Source: Patescibacteria group bacterium
GTDB lineage: Bacteria > Patescibacteriota > Patescibacteriia > JAHJFT01
Assembly: GCA_028710985.1 (NCBI GenBank)
Contig: JAQTTB010000001.1
Location: 457,864 to 521,863 of the forward strand
DNA: 64,000 nt
Direction: 5' to 3'
Part shown: piece by piece, positions 1 to 7,687 of the stretch
Position numbering within the stretch: position 1 is the stretch's first letter
Layout of the letters: every line of letters begins with the position of its first letter
Notes under the pieces: model-generated
Told to the model about the DNA's origin: nothing
Seen by the model: only the letters and a program-made list of their open reading frames with translations
Database searches by the model: none
Program-made: the position numbers and the translations under genes

Positions 1-281
1 AATCGGCGAGGATTAATGCCGACGTCAAGGGCCAGAACGCGGTAATTGCCGGAGAGGTGAACGGCAACATGAAGATTTCGGAAAAGATTGAACTCCTGGC
101 GAGCGCCAAAGTGAACGGCGATATCGAAACCAAGATACTCTCGGTTACTCCCGGCGCCGTAATCAACGGTAAGATAAGCATGGGAACCGAAATGCCAGCC
201 GTGGCTCCGATGGCGCGCGGCAAAAAAGGAGCTCGGGATATTGAAAAAGAAATCACTTCAAGCGAGGATACGGAACTTTAA
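1..281 (+). CDS. Bactofilin-like protein, 5'-partial (frame continues upstream of the window)
   Basis: Repetitive beta-helix-like translation (INADVKGQNAVIAGEVNGNMKISEKIELLASAKVNGDIETKIL...) typical of the bactofilin/DUF583 fold; no stop in frame back to position 3. Confidence 0.5.
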   Translation, partial: SARINADVKGQNAVIAGEVNGNMKISEKIELLASAKVNGDIETKILSVTPGAVINGKISMGTEMPAVAPMARGKKGARDIEKEITSSEDTEL

Positions 282-284
282 AAT

Positions 285-1019
285 ATGTATTATTATGTTT
301 ATGACGAGTTCGTTCAGGCTCGCCGGTATGAAAAGGATTTATTTCAGATCGAGAGTCGCTTGACCGATCTCGGCATTTCTGGGAAGATAGGGCGACTTGC
401 CTTATTTAAAGATGCGTGCGAACTGGTTCGCGATGAAATTCGTCGTGGAGCCAAGACCGTGATTTTTATTGGCAACGACGAGACCGTCAACAAAATCGTA
501 AAAATTTTGCCCGAAGTTAAAGCGACATTCGGAATCATTCCGCTCGGTGAAGAAGGAAACAGTATGGCGAAGATTCTCGGCATGCCCGAAGGCATCGCCG
601 CCTGCGATGTGATTTCCGCGCGCATGGTCAAAGAACTGGATATCGCAAAAGTCAATGACCGCTGTTTTCTCTCGCGCGTTGTGATTCCAGATACGACCAT
701 TGCCCTGCGTTGCGAAGGTAATTACGCGATATCGCCCTCGAGTCGCGGCGACATCGAAATCCGAAATTGGGGAATCATTGATAAAAAAGAAACCGCATTC
801 GGCAATCCGGAAGACGGACTTCTGGATATCGTGATACACGCGAAGCTCGGAAAGAACAAGGAACAGATTACAAATCTGAAACTCAAGAGCGTGGAAATAA
901 AAACCCGCGAACAATTTTCCATCTTCATTGATCACGAACGCATCAACGGCAATAATTTCAAAATTAAATTTGCCCCGCGCCGCGCGCGGTGGATTGTCGG
1001 CAAGGGTCGGCTTTTTTAA
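285..1019 (+). CDS. Diacylglycerol/lipid kinase catalytic-domain (DAGK_cat, YegS-like) protein
   Basis: N-terminal VIFIGNDETVNKIV nucleotide-binding segment and overall DAGK_cat-like layout; ORF is 244 aa. Confidence 0.55.
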   Translation: MYYYVYDEFVQARRYEKDLFQIESRLTDLGISGKIGRLALFKDACELVRDEIRRGAKTVIFIGNDETVNKIVKILPEVKATFGIIPLGEEGNSMAKILGMPEGIAACDVISARMVKELDIAKVNDRCFLSRVVIPDTTIALRCEGNYAISPSSRGDIEIRNWGIIDKKETAFGNPEDGLLDIVIHAKLGKNKEQITNLKLKSVEIKTREQFSIFIDHERINGNNFKIKFAPRRARWIVGKGRLF

Positions 1020-1050
1020 AAAAATATTTTACTTTAAAAACTTATTAAAC

Positions 1051-1136
1051 GCCGGGATGGTGGAATGGTAGACACACTAGCTTGAGGTGCTAGCGGGGGC
1101 AACCCTGTGGGAGTTCGAATCTCCCTCCCGGCACCA
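1051..1136 (+). tRNA. tRNA-Leu (anticodon GAG), class II with long variable arm, CCA encoded
   Basis: Acceptor GCCGGGA/TCCCGGC; anticodon arm CTAGC-TTGAGGT-GCTAG; T arm GGGAG-TTCGAAT-CTCCC; discriminator A plus CCA. Confidence 0.85.
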
Positions 1137-1143
1137 AACTAAA

Positions 1144-1416
1144 ATGTTTTGTGTTTATGCAATTGATAGTTTGAATAGAAACTATATTTATATTGGCATT
1201 ACAAATAACTTGAGCCGCCGACTCCGACAGCATCAGGGCGGTAAAAATAAAACCACAGCGCCCTATCGTCCATTTAAACTGCTGTACAAAGAAGAGTATA
1301 ATACGAGAGCAGGGGCAAGGCAGCATGAAAAATATTTAAAGTCTGGCTGCGGTAAAGAGTGGATAAAGAGTAATTTTAAAAAACGCGCTAGCCTGCCTGC
1401 CGGCAGGCAGGCTTGA
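1144..1416 (+). CDS. GIY-YIG nuclease family protein (small stand-alone YhbQ/UPF0213-like)
   Basis: MFCVYAIDSLNRNYIYIGITNNLSRRLRQHQGG carries the GIY...YIG and R..H..G motifs; ATG is 8 nt after the tRNA-Leu CCA; 3' end reads through the 20-bp palindrome (LPAGRQA*). Confidence 0.8.
   Translation: MFCVYAIDSLNRNYIYIGITNNLSRRLRQHQGGKNKTTAPYRPFKLLYKEEYNTRAGARQHEKYLKSGCGKEWIKSNFKKRASLPAGRQA
1392..1411. repeat. Perfect 20-bp palindrome CCTGCCTGCCGGCAGGCAGG (family copy 1)
   Basis: Read directly; same element at 14710-14729 and as the C>T variant at 43526-43545 and 51744-51763. Confidence 0.9.
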
Positions 1417-1467
1417 GGTGCTAGTGGGGGCAACCCCGTGGAGGTTCAAGTCCTCTCCGCAGCACCA
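1412..1467 (+). pseudogene. tRNA-Leu-like 3' fragment (anticodon loop to CCA), diverged duplicate of 1081-1136
   Basis: CTTGAGGT-GCTAG-TGGGGGCAACCCCGTG-GAGG-TTCAAGT-CCTC-CCGCAGC-A-CCA; the 3' acceptor strand does not pair with any adjacent 5' half; 5' stem CTAG(C) lies immediately upstream of the palindrome. Confidence 0.5.
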
Positions 1468-1470
1468 GAC

Positions 1471-1525
1471 GTATGAATTAGGAATAAGCAAGACCCTGAT
1501 TCCTGATTCATGATTCCTAATTCCC
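1471..1525. repeat. REP-like intergenic repeat (GAATTAGGAAT ... ATTCCTAATTC inverted arms with internal TGATTCCTGATTCATGATTCC)
   Basis: Inverted repeat read directly; related copies at 6541-6608 and 34182-34253. Confidence 0.5.
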
Positions 1526-1579
1526 GCTGCCCATTCGGCATAATCATTTTTTAAAGTATAGCGATTTATAAACAGACAT

Positions 1580-1771
1580 ATGGAACTCAAAATAGACAAA
1601 GAGCTCTGCATCGGTTGCGGGCTTTGCACGTCAATTTGCAAGGATGTTTTCCGTCTGGGAGCCGACGGCAAGTCGGAAATAATTCCGGACGTCGATCTCG
1701 CAAAACACGCCGACCATATTGACCAGGCCGCGGCTTCCTGCCCGGTGAGCGCGATTATATATAAAGAGTAG
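1580..1771 (+). CDS. Ferredoxin (single 4Fe-4S cluster type)
   Basis: CIGCGLC...CP cysteine motif in a 63-aa protein. Confidence 0.65.
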   Translation: MELKIDKELCIGCGLCTSICKDVFRLGADGKSEIIPDVDLAKHADHIDQAAASCPVSAIIYKE

Positions 1772-1772
1772 G

Positions 1773-1849
1773 GGGCGCGTAGCTCAGCTGGTTAGAGCAT
1801 CTCGTTTACACCGAGAGGGTCAGGGGTTCGAGTCCCTTCGCGCCCACCA
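1773..1849 (+). tRNA. tRNA-Val (anticodon TAC), CCA encoded
   Basis: Acceptor GGGCGCG/CGCGCCC; anticodon arm TCTCG-TTTACAC-CGAGA; T arm AGGGG-TTCGAGT-CCCTT. Confidence 0.85.
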
Positions 1850-2007
1850 AATAAACTTTGTTTAAGGCAAGGTTTTTTTATTTGCTCCGTCGGTCGGCAA
1901 TTGACAATCTCGGTAAAATATGTGATTATATTGTGTTGCCGGGATGTTCTCGGCAGGTTTCCCCGCCAGAGGCGGGCAGGCTAAATTCCGGTCTGGAGGA
2001 AAAGCAG

Positions 2008-2337
2008 ATGAACGCAGCCATGAAAAAGCTCCCGGCCCATGAGCTGATTCTGAAGAAAATCGAAGACTATCAATCCGGAGTTCATCGCCGCGCGCTGGAG
2101 CCCAAGAAACCTCAAAGTGATATCGCGGCAATGATGAATTACGCACGCGCAAAGGAAAGAGAAGGGTTATTCAATATTCTCGTGAGCATGACCCTTCCGT
2201 CGGAAGAAGTGCCGAATATTCTCCGCCGTCTGCAGAGTCTTAGAGAGGCGGGGCTTTTCGACGACGATCTCGGTATGCGCACCAAGCTTAACTCAATTAT
2301 CTCAGAACTTTCCGGCGCCCCGGATACGGAAACGTAG
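2008..2337 (+). CDS. Hypothetical protein (109 aa)
   Basis: ATG 8 nt after GGAGG; the listed longer ORF (1858) has no RBS; upstream TTGACA(1901)-N18-ATTATA promoter-like. Confidence 0.4.
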   Translation: MNAAMKKLPAHELILKKIEDYQSGVHRRALEPKKPQSDIAAMMNYARAKEREGLFNILVSMTLPSEEVPNILRRLQSLREAGLFDDDLGMRTKLNSIISELSGAPDTET

Positions 2338-2471
2338 CGTGGATTCATGAATCGCCGCGAATAATCGTTCTTTCTTTCCCGAACTTCGGTTCGGGACATT
2401 TTTTGAGGCCATCCCTGAATTTTGTCGAAGGGGCGGTATTGAAGAATGGACTTTGAAAAAGGAGCAAGCGG

Positions 2472-2771
2472 ATGAGAGAATATTCTTTGCGCTACGAATT
2501 ACTGAAACGTGAGTACGATAAAGTGACGAGTGGCCGGAAATGCGTGGCCTCGTGCCAGCGCATTTATGATTTTACGGCCAAGGGTGATCGGCAAGCCGGG
2601 AACATTGCCAGAGGGTTTCTTGATCGCCTCGTGCATCGGCGCGGCAAGAACGCCGTGGGCAGGGTGCGCTTGGAGCGGCTGGATCCGGATGACGAGATGC
2701 CCAGTTATGCGGTCGCGATTCCATCCGAAGTGCGCCTCAGTATATGTCTGAAAGCGAGGAGGGTTTCATAA
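2472..2771 (+). CDS. Hypothetical protein (99 aa)
   Basis: ATG preceded by AAAGGAG. Confidence 0.35.
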   Translation: MREYSLRYELLKREYDKVTSGRKCVASCQRIYDFTAKGDRQAGNIARGFLDRLVHRRGKNAVGRVRLERLDPDDEMPSYAVAIPSEVRLSICLKARRVS

Positions 2772-2924
2772 ACGCGGGTTTATCCCCGCTGTCTCACCGG
2801 TCATCTTGCATTGGAGGATGTATAGCTGGCCGGATTTTTTTCAGGCAAACATTGACACTGGCCGGGTTTTCTGTTTTAATGCATTGAAAAGTTGATTATA
2901 ATCGTCAGGAAGGAGGAAGAAGGG

Positions 2925-3689
2925 ATGAGAGAGGTAATAAACGACCGGAAAGCGCTCGGCGAAGCGGGAAAGTCTGCCGAGCGTCTCAGGGAAAGGCGTT
3001 TTATTTACCGCAACGCATTCGCGCAATATGCCGCGTTTTGCTATGAATCGTCACTACCCGGTCCGCCGCCGAAGATGGATCCGGCAGCTGCCAAGACGCT
3101 CGAGCGCTGGCTTCGCATTTCGGAAGTCAAGATCGCGCTCGGCGGAGCGACGCTCGCCATGGACGAGATTTTGGCCCCCGGCTACCCACCGGAACGCGCC
3201 GGTTACGCCAAGCTCCTCGAAAAAGTGCTTAACGACTGGCTCAAGCCAGCGGATCCCGAAGGCTGCGCCATGAAGGATTTCTGGCAGAGCTATCTTGTCG
3301 CCGTCGCCACTGGTACAATCAGCGCGCCGGTTTCATACGAAAAACTTATCACTGATGTGATACGGCGTTTTACCGCCGATCAGCGCTCCGAAGTCCGTCC
3401 GGTATGGGATGAAGCCGCGTTTCAGCTGGTCGACCGGGTTCTGAACGAACTTTCCGAGCAGGAACGGAGCGTGATCCGCAAGCACTATGGCATGGATGGA
3501 AAGGCCATGACGCTCGATAGAATCGGCCGCGAATTTTCCATCTCTCGTGAACGCGTGTATCAGATTGAGGTTGCTGCGCTGCACAGGCTCCGCGATCCAA
3601 AGCACAGCCGCCGGCTCAGGCCTCTCGTTCAATCCGTTACGCAACTGCTTACCGACCGGCTCGCGTCAATCAAGCGGATGGTTTCATAG
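2925..3689 (+). CDS. Sigma-70 region-4 (HTH) domain protein; putative atypical sigma/anti-sigma-associated regulator
   Basis: C-terminal ...LSEQERSVIRKHYGMDGKAMTLDRIGREFSISRERVYQIEVAALHRLRDP matches sigma-70 region 4.2; ATG 2925 follows AGGAAGGAGG (ORF-track TTG 2892 rejected); TTGACA(2852)-N17-TTTAAT upstream. Confidence 0.5.
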   Translation: MREVINDRKALGEAGKSAERLRERRFIYRNAFAQYAAFCYESSLPGPPPKMDPAAAKTLERWLRISEVKIALGGATLAMDEILAPGYPPERAGYAKLLEKVLNDWLKPADPEGCAMKDFWQSYLVAVATGTISAPVSYEKLITDVIRRFTADQRSEVRPVWDEAAFQLVDRVLNELSEQERSVIRKHYGMDGKAMTLDRIGREFSISRERVYQIEVAALHRLRDPKHSRRLRPLVQSVTQLLTDRLASIKRMVS

Positions 3690-3792
3690 CCGCCTCTCGC
3701 TGGCAGCGAAACTCTGTTTCGTTGCCGTTTTTTTTATTCACCTCGCCGTTCATTATTGGTATACTGATAGCAACAACAAGGAGGTTCGCACA

Positions 3793-3996
3793 ATGGATAA
3801 GAGAAGACTCAAGAGATTGACCTCTCTCGATGGAGTAAGTGTCGAATATCGCGAGAGCGAGCTCAATCATAGCTTGAGCAAGGAAGAACTCCTGAAAGAG
3901 CTGAACGAGCTGGTCGATGACTATAATTCAGGTCTTGAGAATCCTCAGGTTGCGGAGGCAACCGAGATTCCGAGAGGATGGGAGATTTTCTTCTAA
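3793..3996 (+). CDS. Small hypothetical protein (67 aa)
   Basis: ATG 9 nt after GGAGG; preceded by a TGgTATACT extended -10. Confidence 0.35.
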   Translation: MDKRRLKRLTSLDGVSVEYRESELNHSLSKEELLKELNELVDDYNSGLENPQVAEATEIPRGWEIFF

Positions 3997-4046
3997 TGGC
4001 CGAGCAATAAGCGTAGACGCTCTTTCATAGGCAATCGCCAATCCTT

Positions 4047-4079
4047 GCCGATCAAAAAAAGATCGGCTTTTATTTTTAT
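4047..4079 (+). terminator. Rho-independent terminator
   Basis: GCCGATC-aaaaaaa-GATCGGC followed by TTTTATTTTTAT. Confidence 0.6.
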
Positions 4080-4101
4080 GGTATTTTTAAGGTTGAAAGC
4101 C

Positions 4102-4130
4102 TTGACTTTTTTATTCTTTCGGCGTATAAC
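4102..4130 (+). promoter_or_regulatory. Sigma-70-like promoter TTGACT-N17-TATAAC
   Basis: Read directly; followed by AAGGAGG RBS 8 nt before ATG 4173. Confidence 0.5.
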
Positions 4131-4172
4131 CAAATATCTTGTACTTTAAAATATTTTAAGGAGGTAAAGAAC

Positions 4173-5642
4173 ATGAACGCTAACGATATGACGCATGAGA
4201 ACGAGCGTACTGGTCGGCTTCCCAAATATCCTGTTTCCGAAAGCGCTTTTGATTTGGCAAAGAGGCATGGCGGCATTGCCACAACGCCCGAAGAGGCGCT
4301 CCGCGAGCTCGGCGTGAGGAAAGTCTACTGCGAAACCAGGGCTTTTTACACGCTGGTCGCCGAGAAGGAATATGCCGAGCTTTGTTCAATCAGCCATAAT
4401 CTAATGCGCGAGTATCCCGGTTACATCTTTGCCGATCATCTCGATCGGATGCGCCGGATGATCAATGGTCACGAGCTGCTCACTCGCGGCGAACTGGGGT
4501 TTGTGAAATCCCGCGCCGAGCAATTTATTGCCGCCAAGGTTCCGCCGATATTCAATCCGGATCTTTACGGATATTCCTATTACACGGTTTATCCTCTTGA
4601 TTCCGTGGAAAAGGGCGTGACGATCATGCGGCTTTTTCCTTCGGTTGACTTTATTATCCAGTTCGCGATCGGTATGTTCGAACTGCGCCGAACGGCAATT
4701 GCCGCCCGCCTTAAGAGCAAGGGCGGGTTCTCCCCCTCGGCTTTGCTGATACAGCCGACTACCGTCAGCGACGTATACAGGTTTAGAAGTCGGGCTTTTC
4801 ACAAGCCGAAGCAAATCAATCCGTTTCTGATTCGCGAAACGCTTTCCTACGTCAAGGAGCACTTTAAGTTTCAAGACGGGGATCGCGCGAGTTACGTATC
4901 CGAACGGCAATGGAAAATCTTCCTTCACCTGGAGGAAGCCATGTCCCGGATGCCGTTTGTTCGCGAATACGAGACCTGGAACGGCGACACGGATGTCGTT
5001 CTTGAAAGGTGCTGGTATCTCCGCTTCAAGTCCGCAGACATTCTGAAGATTATCCGCGCGCGCAAGGACGCTATGCCCTTTCCGCCGCGCGACCGGGATC
5101 GGCAGATCTGGAAGCAGTTCAATATGCTGTTTCCGAAAATCTGCCCGGATCTTCAGGATATCGCCGCACGCCAACGCGCCGAACAGATACTTGAATTGGA
5201 GGGTCGTTTTGAGCGCGTCGAGTCGGTTGACGATCTGTGCGGTTTGCCGGACTGGATCTTCACCAAGGAGCCTTGGCGTTCTCGGTTCATGCCAAAGCTC
5301 GTCGGCCTCTTTGAAAGCGCTTGCGAATATCTAGCGCGGGAATCGTCGGAGTCGATTTTTCTCGCAACTACGGAAATTTCCGAGCGCGTCCATATTCCAT
5401 CCGTCGTCCTCTACCGACAGCCATTCAAGCAGGTCTTGAGTGCGGTGCGGCTCCGGACGGTACGCGAGATGGATGACCGGACTTTCATACTTGTTTTCTG
5501 CGGCGAGAGCAACCGACACCGCAAAGCAAGTATTGCCTGCTCCAGGTTCTATGAGTTGGATTCATCTTCGCGCGCCCTGCGCCAATATCTCCGGCACCGA
5601 TCCCAGCAGCTTCATAGTTCTCTCTCTGCTTCTTTCGATTAG
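4173..5642 (+). CDS. Hypothetical protein (489 aa), no recognisable domain
   Basis: Long ORF with strong promoter, RBS and terminator signals. Confidence 0.55.
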   Translation: MNANDMTHENERTGRLPKYPVSESAFDLAKRHGGIATTPEEALRELGVRKVYCETRAFYTLVAEKEYAELCSISHNLMREYPGYIFADHLDRMRRMINGHELLTRGELGFVKSRAEQFIAAKVPPIFNPDLYGYSYYTVYPLDSVEKGVTIMRLFPSVDFIIQFAIGMFELRRTAIAARLKSKGGFSPSALLIQPTTVSDVYRFRSRAFHKPKQINPFLIRETLSYVKEHFKFQDGDRASYVSERQWKIFLHLEEAMSRMPFVREYETWNGDTDVVLERCWYLRFKSADILKIIRARKDAMPFPPRDRDRQIWKQFNMLFPKICPDLQDIAARQRAEQILELEGRFERVESVDDLCGLPDWIFTKEPWRSRFMPKLVGLFESACEYLARESSESIFLATTEISERVHIPSVVLYRQPFKQVLSAVRLRTVREMDDRTFILVFCGESNRHRKASIACSRFYELDSSSRALRQYLRHRSQQLHSSLSASFD

Positions 5643-5649
5643 CCGCTGC

Positions 5650-5680
5650 GCTCCGACCTCGTGTCGGAGCCTTTTTTTAT
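5650..5680 (+). terminator. Rho-independent terminator
   Basis: GCTCCGAC-ctcgt-GTCGGAGC followed by CTTTTTTTATT. Confidence 0.6.
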
Positions 5681-5734
5681 TCAGCCGGCGCTTGCCCATT
5701 TTACGCAAAAATTATATAATAACCGTAGAATTTT

Positions 5735-5977
5735 ATGATTGCACAGATAATCATCGGAATCGTCATTATCCTGGTCGGTGCTTTTATGGTCATTAAAACC
5801 GAAACCTTTTACGGCATCTTCGGACCAATTGCCTGGGCGGACGCCAAATTCGGCGGTACGCGATTTTTTTACAAAGTTCTGGGCATCGTATTCTGCATCA
5901 TCGGATTTATGGTTGTCACCAATATGTGGCAGGGAATTATTACTTGGATTTTCGGATCATTACTTGGAAAAAAATAA
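5735..5977 (+). CDS. Small membrane protein (2 predicted TM helices)
   Basis: Hydrophobic 80-aa ORF. Confidence 0.4.
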   Translation: MIAQIIIGIVIILVGAFMVIKTETFYGIFGPIAWADAKFGGTRFFYKVLGIVFCIIGFMVVTNMWQGIITWIFGSLLGKK

Positions 5978-5990
5978 TTTTTTTATAGAT

Positions 5991-6542
5991 ATGTCAATCA
6001 TCCCATCAACCAGCGAACTTATTAACGCCGCCACTCTTCTTGCCCAGGGTGCGATTCGCCAGGGCATGAAGGTTGCGGATTTAGGTTGCGGCAGCACCGG
6101 CCATTTCGTGTTTGCCGCGTCCGAACTTGTGGGAAAAGACGGAATCGTCTACGCGGTTGATATTCAAAAAGGAGCGCTTGATGGCGTTGAAAGCCGCACG
6201 CGGCTTGAGGGTGCCGAGAATGTCAAAACCGTGTGGTCGGATATTGAAATGTTCGGCGCGACTCGTATCCCGGCGGCGAGTCTTGACCTCGTTCTTCTTG
6301 TCAATAATCTTTTTTTGGCAAAAAACAAAAGCGAACTGGCGCGCGAAATCATCCGCCTGATGGTTCCTGGCGGCCGGCTCATTGTCGCAGACTGGAAGAT
6401 GACGCAGGCGCCGTTTGGCCCGTCCGTGAATGATCGCATTTCGCCCGAAGAAGCAAAGAACGTATTTTCTAAGGCCGGGATGAGGCTGGAAAAAGAATTT
6501 GAAGCCGGCAAATATCATTACGGCTTAGTATTTGTAAAATGA
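5991..6542 (+). CDS. Class I SAM-dependent methyltransferase
   Basis: Motif I VADLGCGSTGHF, motif II IVYAVD, post-I LDLVLLV; start ATG 5991 (upstream part of ORF-track 5778 lacks homology). Confidence 0.7.
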   Translation: MSIIPSTSELINAATLLAQGAIRQGMKVADLGCGSTGHFVFAASELVGKDGIVYAVDIQKGALDGVESRTRLEGAENVKTVWSDIEMFGATRIPAASLDLVLLVNNLFLAKNKSELAREIIRLMVPGGRLIVADWKMTQAPFGPSVNDRISPEEAKNVFSKAGMRLEKEFEAGKYHYGLVFVK

Positions 6543-6608
6543 ATCATGAATCAGGAATCATGAATTAAGAATATCGCGCATCGCACGTCCCTGATTCCCG
6601 ATTCTACG
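6541..6608. repeat. REP-like intergenic repeat GAATCATGAATCAGGAATCATGAAT ... CTGATTCCCGATTC
   Basis: Starts inside the stop codon of the methyltransferase; same family as 1471-1525 and 34182-34253. Confidence 0.5.
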
Positions 6609-6647
6609 CATTGGTAAAAATTTACTATAAAATAAATAACATCCAAT

Positions 6648-7064
6648 ATGTTTGATATCAGCCCTTTATTAAAAATTTCGTATTGGTTTGACCGCCGGCC
6701 GCCGGCGCTTGAGCCGGCCGCCCAGCAGGTATTTTTTTATGTCTTTGCCGGGCTGGTCGCGCTCTCGGTTGTCATTTCCATAATTATAAAAAAGAAAAAA
6801 GAAGAAGATCCGTGGGTTGCCAAAGGGTTTCAAAAAGTTTCATCGTGGTGCCTCACTATGGGCGTGGCCGGCCTGATGATTTTCTTTTTTAGTTTTGAAC
6901 AGGTGCCGATTCTTTCCATGAGAATTTGGTTTGCGGGCTGGGCGGTTTGGGCGGTCATTTGGATGATCTTTATAATCATGTTTTTCGTTAAAACCATTCC
7001 GGCGGAAAAATCCAGGATAAAAGAAAAAGAGCGGCTGGAAAAATATCTGCCCGGGAAAAAGTGA
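6648..7064 (+). CDS. Hypothetical integral membrane protein
   Basis: 138-aa ORF with 3-4 hydrophobic helices. Confidence 0.45.
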   Translation: MFDISPLLKISYWFDRRPPALEPAAQQVFFYVFAGLVALSVVISIIIKKKKEEDPWVAKGFQKVSSWCLTMGVAGLMIFFFSFEQVPILSMRIWFAGWAVWAVIWMIFIIMFFVKTIPAEKSRIKEKERLEKYLPGKK

Positions 7065-7126
7065 GAATGTTGAATAACTATTCAACATTCTCATCCCGAC
7101 CCCGAGCGAAGTCGAGGGGAGGGATC
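7063..7126. repeat. Composite structured element A: AT-rich 14-bp perfect hairpin + ATCCCGA + GC hairpin (CCCC-GAGCGAAGTCGA-GGGG) + AGGGATC
   Basis: GAGAATGTTGAATA/TATTCAACATTCTC hairpin then ATCCCGA...AGGGATC; same architecture at 60275-60338. Confidence 0.5.
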
Positions 7127-7145
7127 CCTTATCTTCCGCAAGAGA

Positions 7146-7544
7146 GTGTTGGTTGATTATAAAAACCACATCAAAAATATGATCAAGCGGCTCGGCGAAT
7201 GGGGGGAGGACATTGCGGCCGCTTTTTTAGTTAAAAAAGGATATACCCTGGTTGAGCAAAACTGGCGCTGTGAACTCGGGGAGATTGACTTGGTCATGAA
7301 ATTCAATGATAAGGGAAATGAGGTTTATGCTTTCATCGAAGTCAAGGCTCGCGCCGATACGGAATTTGGATATCCGGAAGAGGCAGTCACCCGGTCAAAG
7401 CTTAATCATCTCGTCGCCGCCTGCGAGGCATATTCATACGAGCATAATTTAAAATCAATCTGGCAAATCGATATCGTGGCGATTATCGGAACGCCATCGT
7501 ACGGGATTAAAGATATCAGGCATTTTTCTAAGTTGGAGCTATAA
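7146..7544 (+). CDS. YraN-family (UPF0102) endonuclease
   Basis: GEDIAAAFLVKKGYTLVEQNWRCELGEIDLVM...EVKAR matches the YraN/UPF0102 core; the true start may be ATG 7179. Confidence 0.7.
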   Translation: MLVDYKNHIKNMIKRLGEWGEDIAAAFLVKKGYTLVEQNWRCELGEIDLVMKFNDKGNEVYAFIEVKARADTEFGYPEEAVTRSKLNHLVAACEAYSYEHNLKSIWQIDIVAIIGTPSYGIKDIRHFSKLEL

Positions 7545-7598
7545 TTTTGAATTTCTATGGGCCTTGCGTCTATTTTTGCCGCATGCTATACTCAACGC

Positions 7599-7630
7599 AG
7601 ACTAGTCTCAATAGACTAGTTAATTTTTTA
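7599..7630 (+). terminator. Tandem AGACTAGTCT palindromes forming a hairpin followed by TAATTTTTTA; terminator candidate after yraN
   Basis: AGACTAGTCT-caat-AGACTAGT + T-run. Confidence 0.4.
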
Positions 7631-7640
7631 CCAAGAATAT

Positions 7641-7687
7641 GAAATCGTTGATTTTTCAACGATTTCACCCTGAGCGAAGTGAAGGGT
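7641..7687 (+). promoter_or_regulatory. Two adjacent hairpins in the nusA upstream region (11-bp GAAATCGTTGA/TCAACGATTTC, then ACCCT-GAGCGAAGTGA-AGGGT)
   Basis: Read directly; second loop identical to the loop of element A. Confidence 0.3.

Noticed and set aside
1087-1143. ORF-track start of the GIY-YIG gene at 1087
   Set aside because: It overlaps the tRNA-Leu (1051-1136). The ATG at 1144 begins the conserved GIY-YIG N-terminus.
1346-1391. GCTGCGG at 1346-1352 as the 5' acceptor strand of a complete second tRNA-Leu
   Set aside because: 35 nt separate it from the anticodon stem (19 expected) and no D arm can be drawn. It was kept only as a possible remnant.
1051-1470. Group I intron in tRNA-Leu carrying a GIY-YIG homing endonuclease
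   Set aside because: The upstream tRNA-Leu is complete and uninterrupted. The downstream half-copy cannot be spliced to it, because the acceptor strands are not complementary. The insert is only about 330 nt with no P-element structure.
2892-2924. TTG start (2892) for the sigma region-4 protein
   Set aside because: ATG 2925 has a perfectly spaced AGGAAGGAGG RBS. The upstream 11 codons lie within the promoter -10.
5778-5990. Long N-terminal extension of the methyltransferase (ORF-track 5778)
   Set aside because: It overlaps the separate small membrane-protein ORF and has no methyltransferase similarity. ATG 5991 directly precedes motif I.
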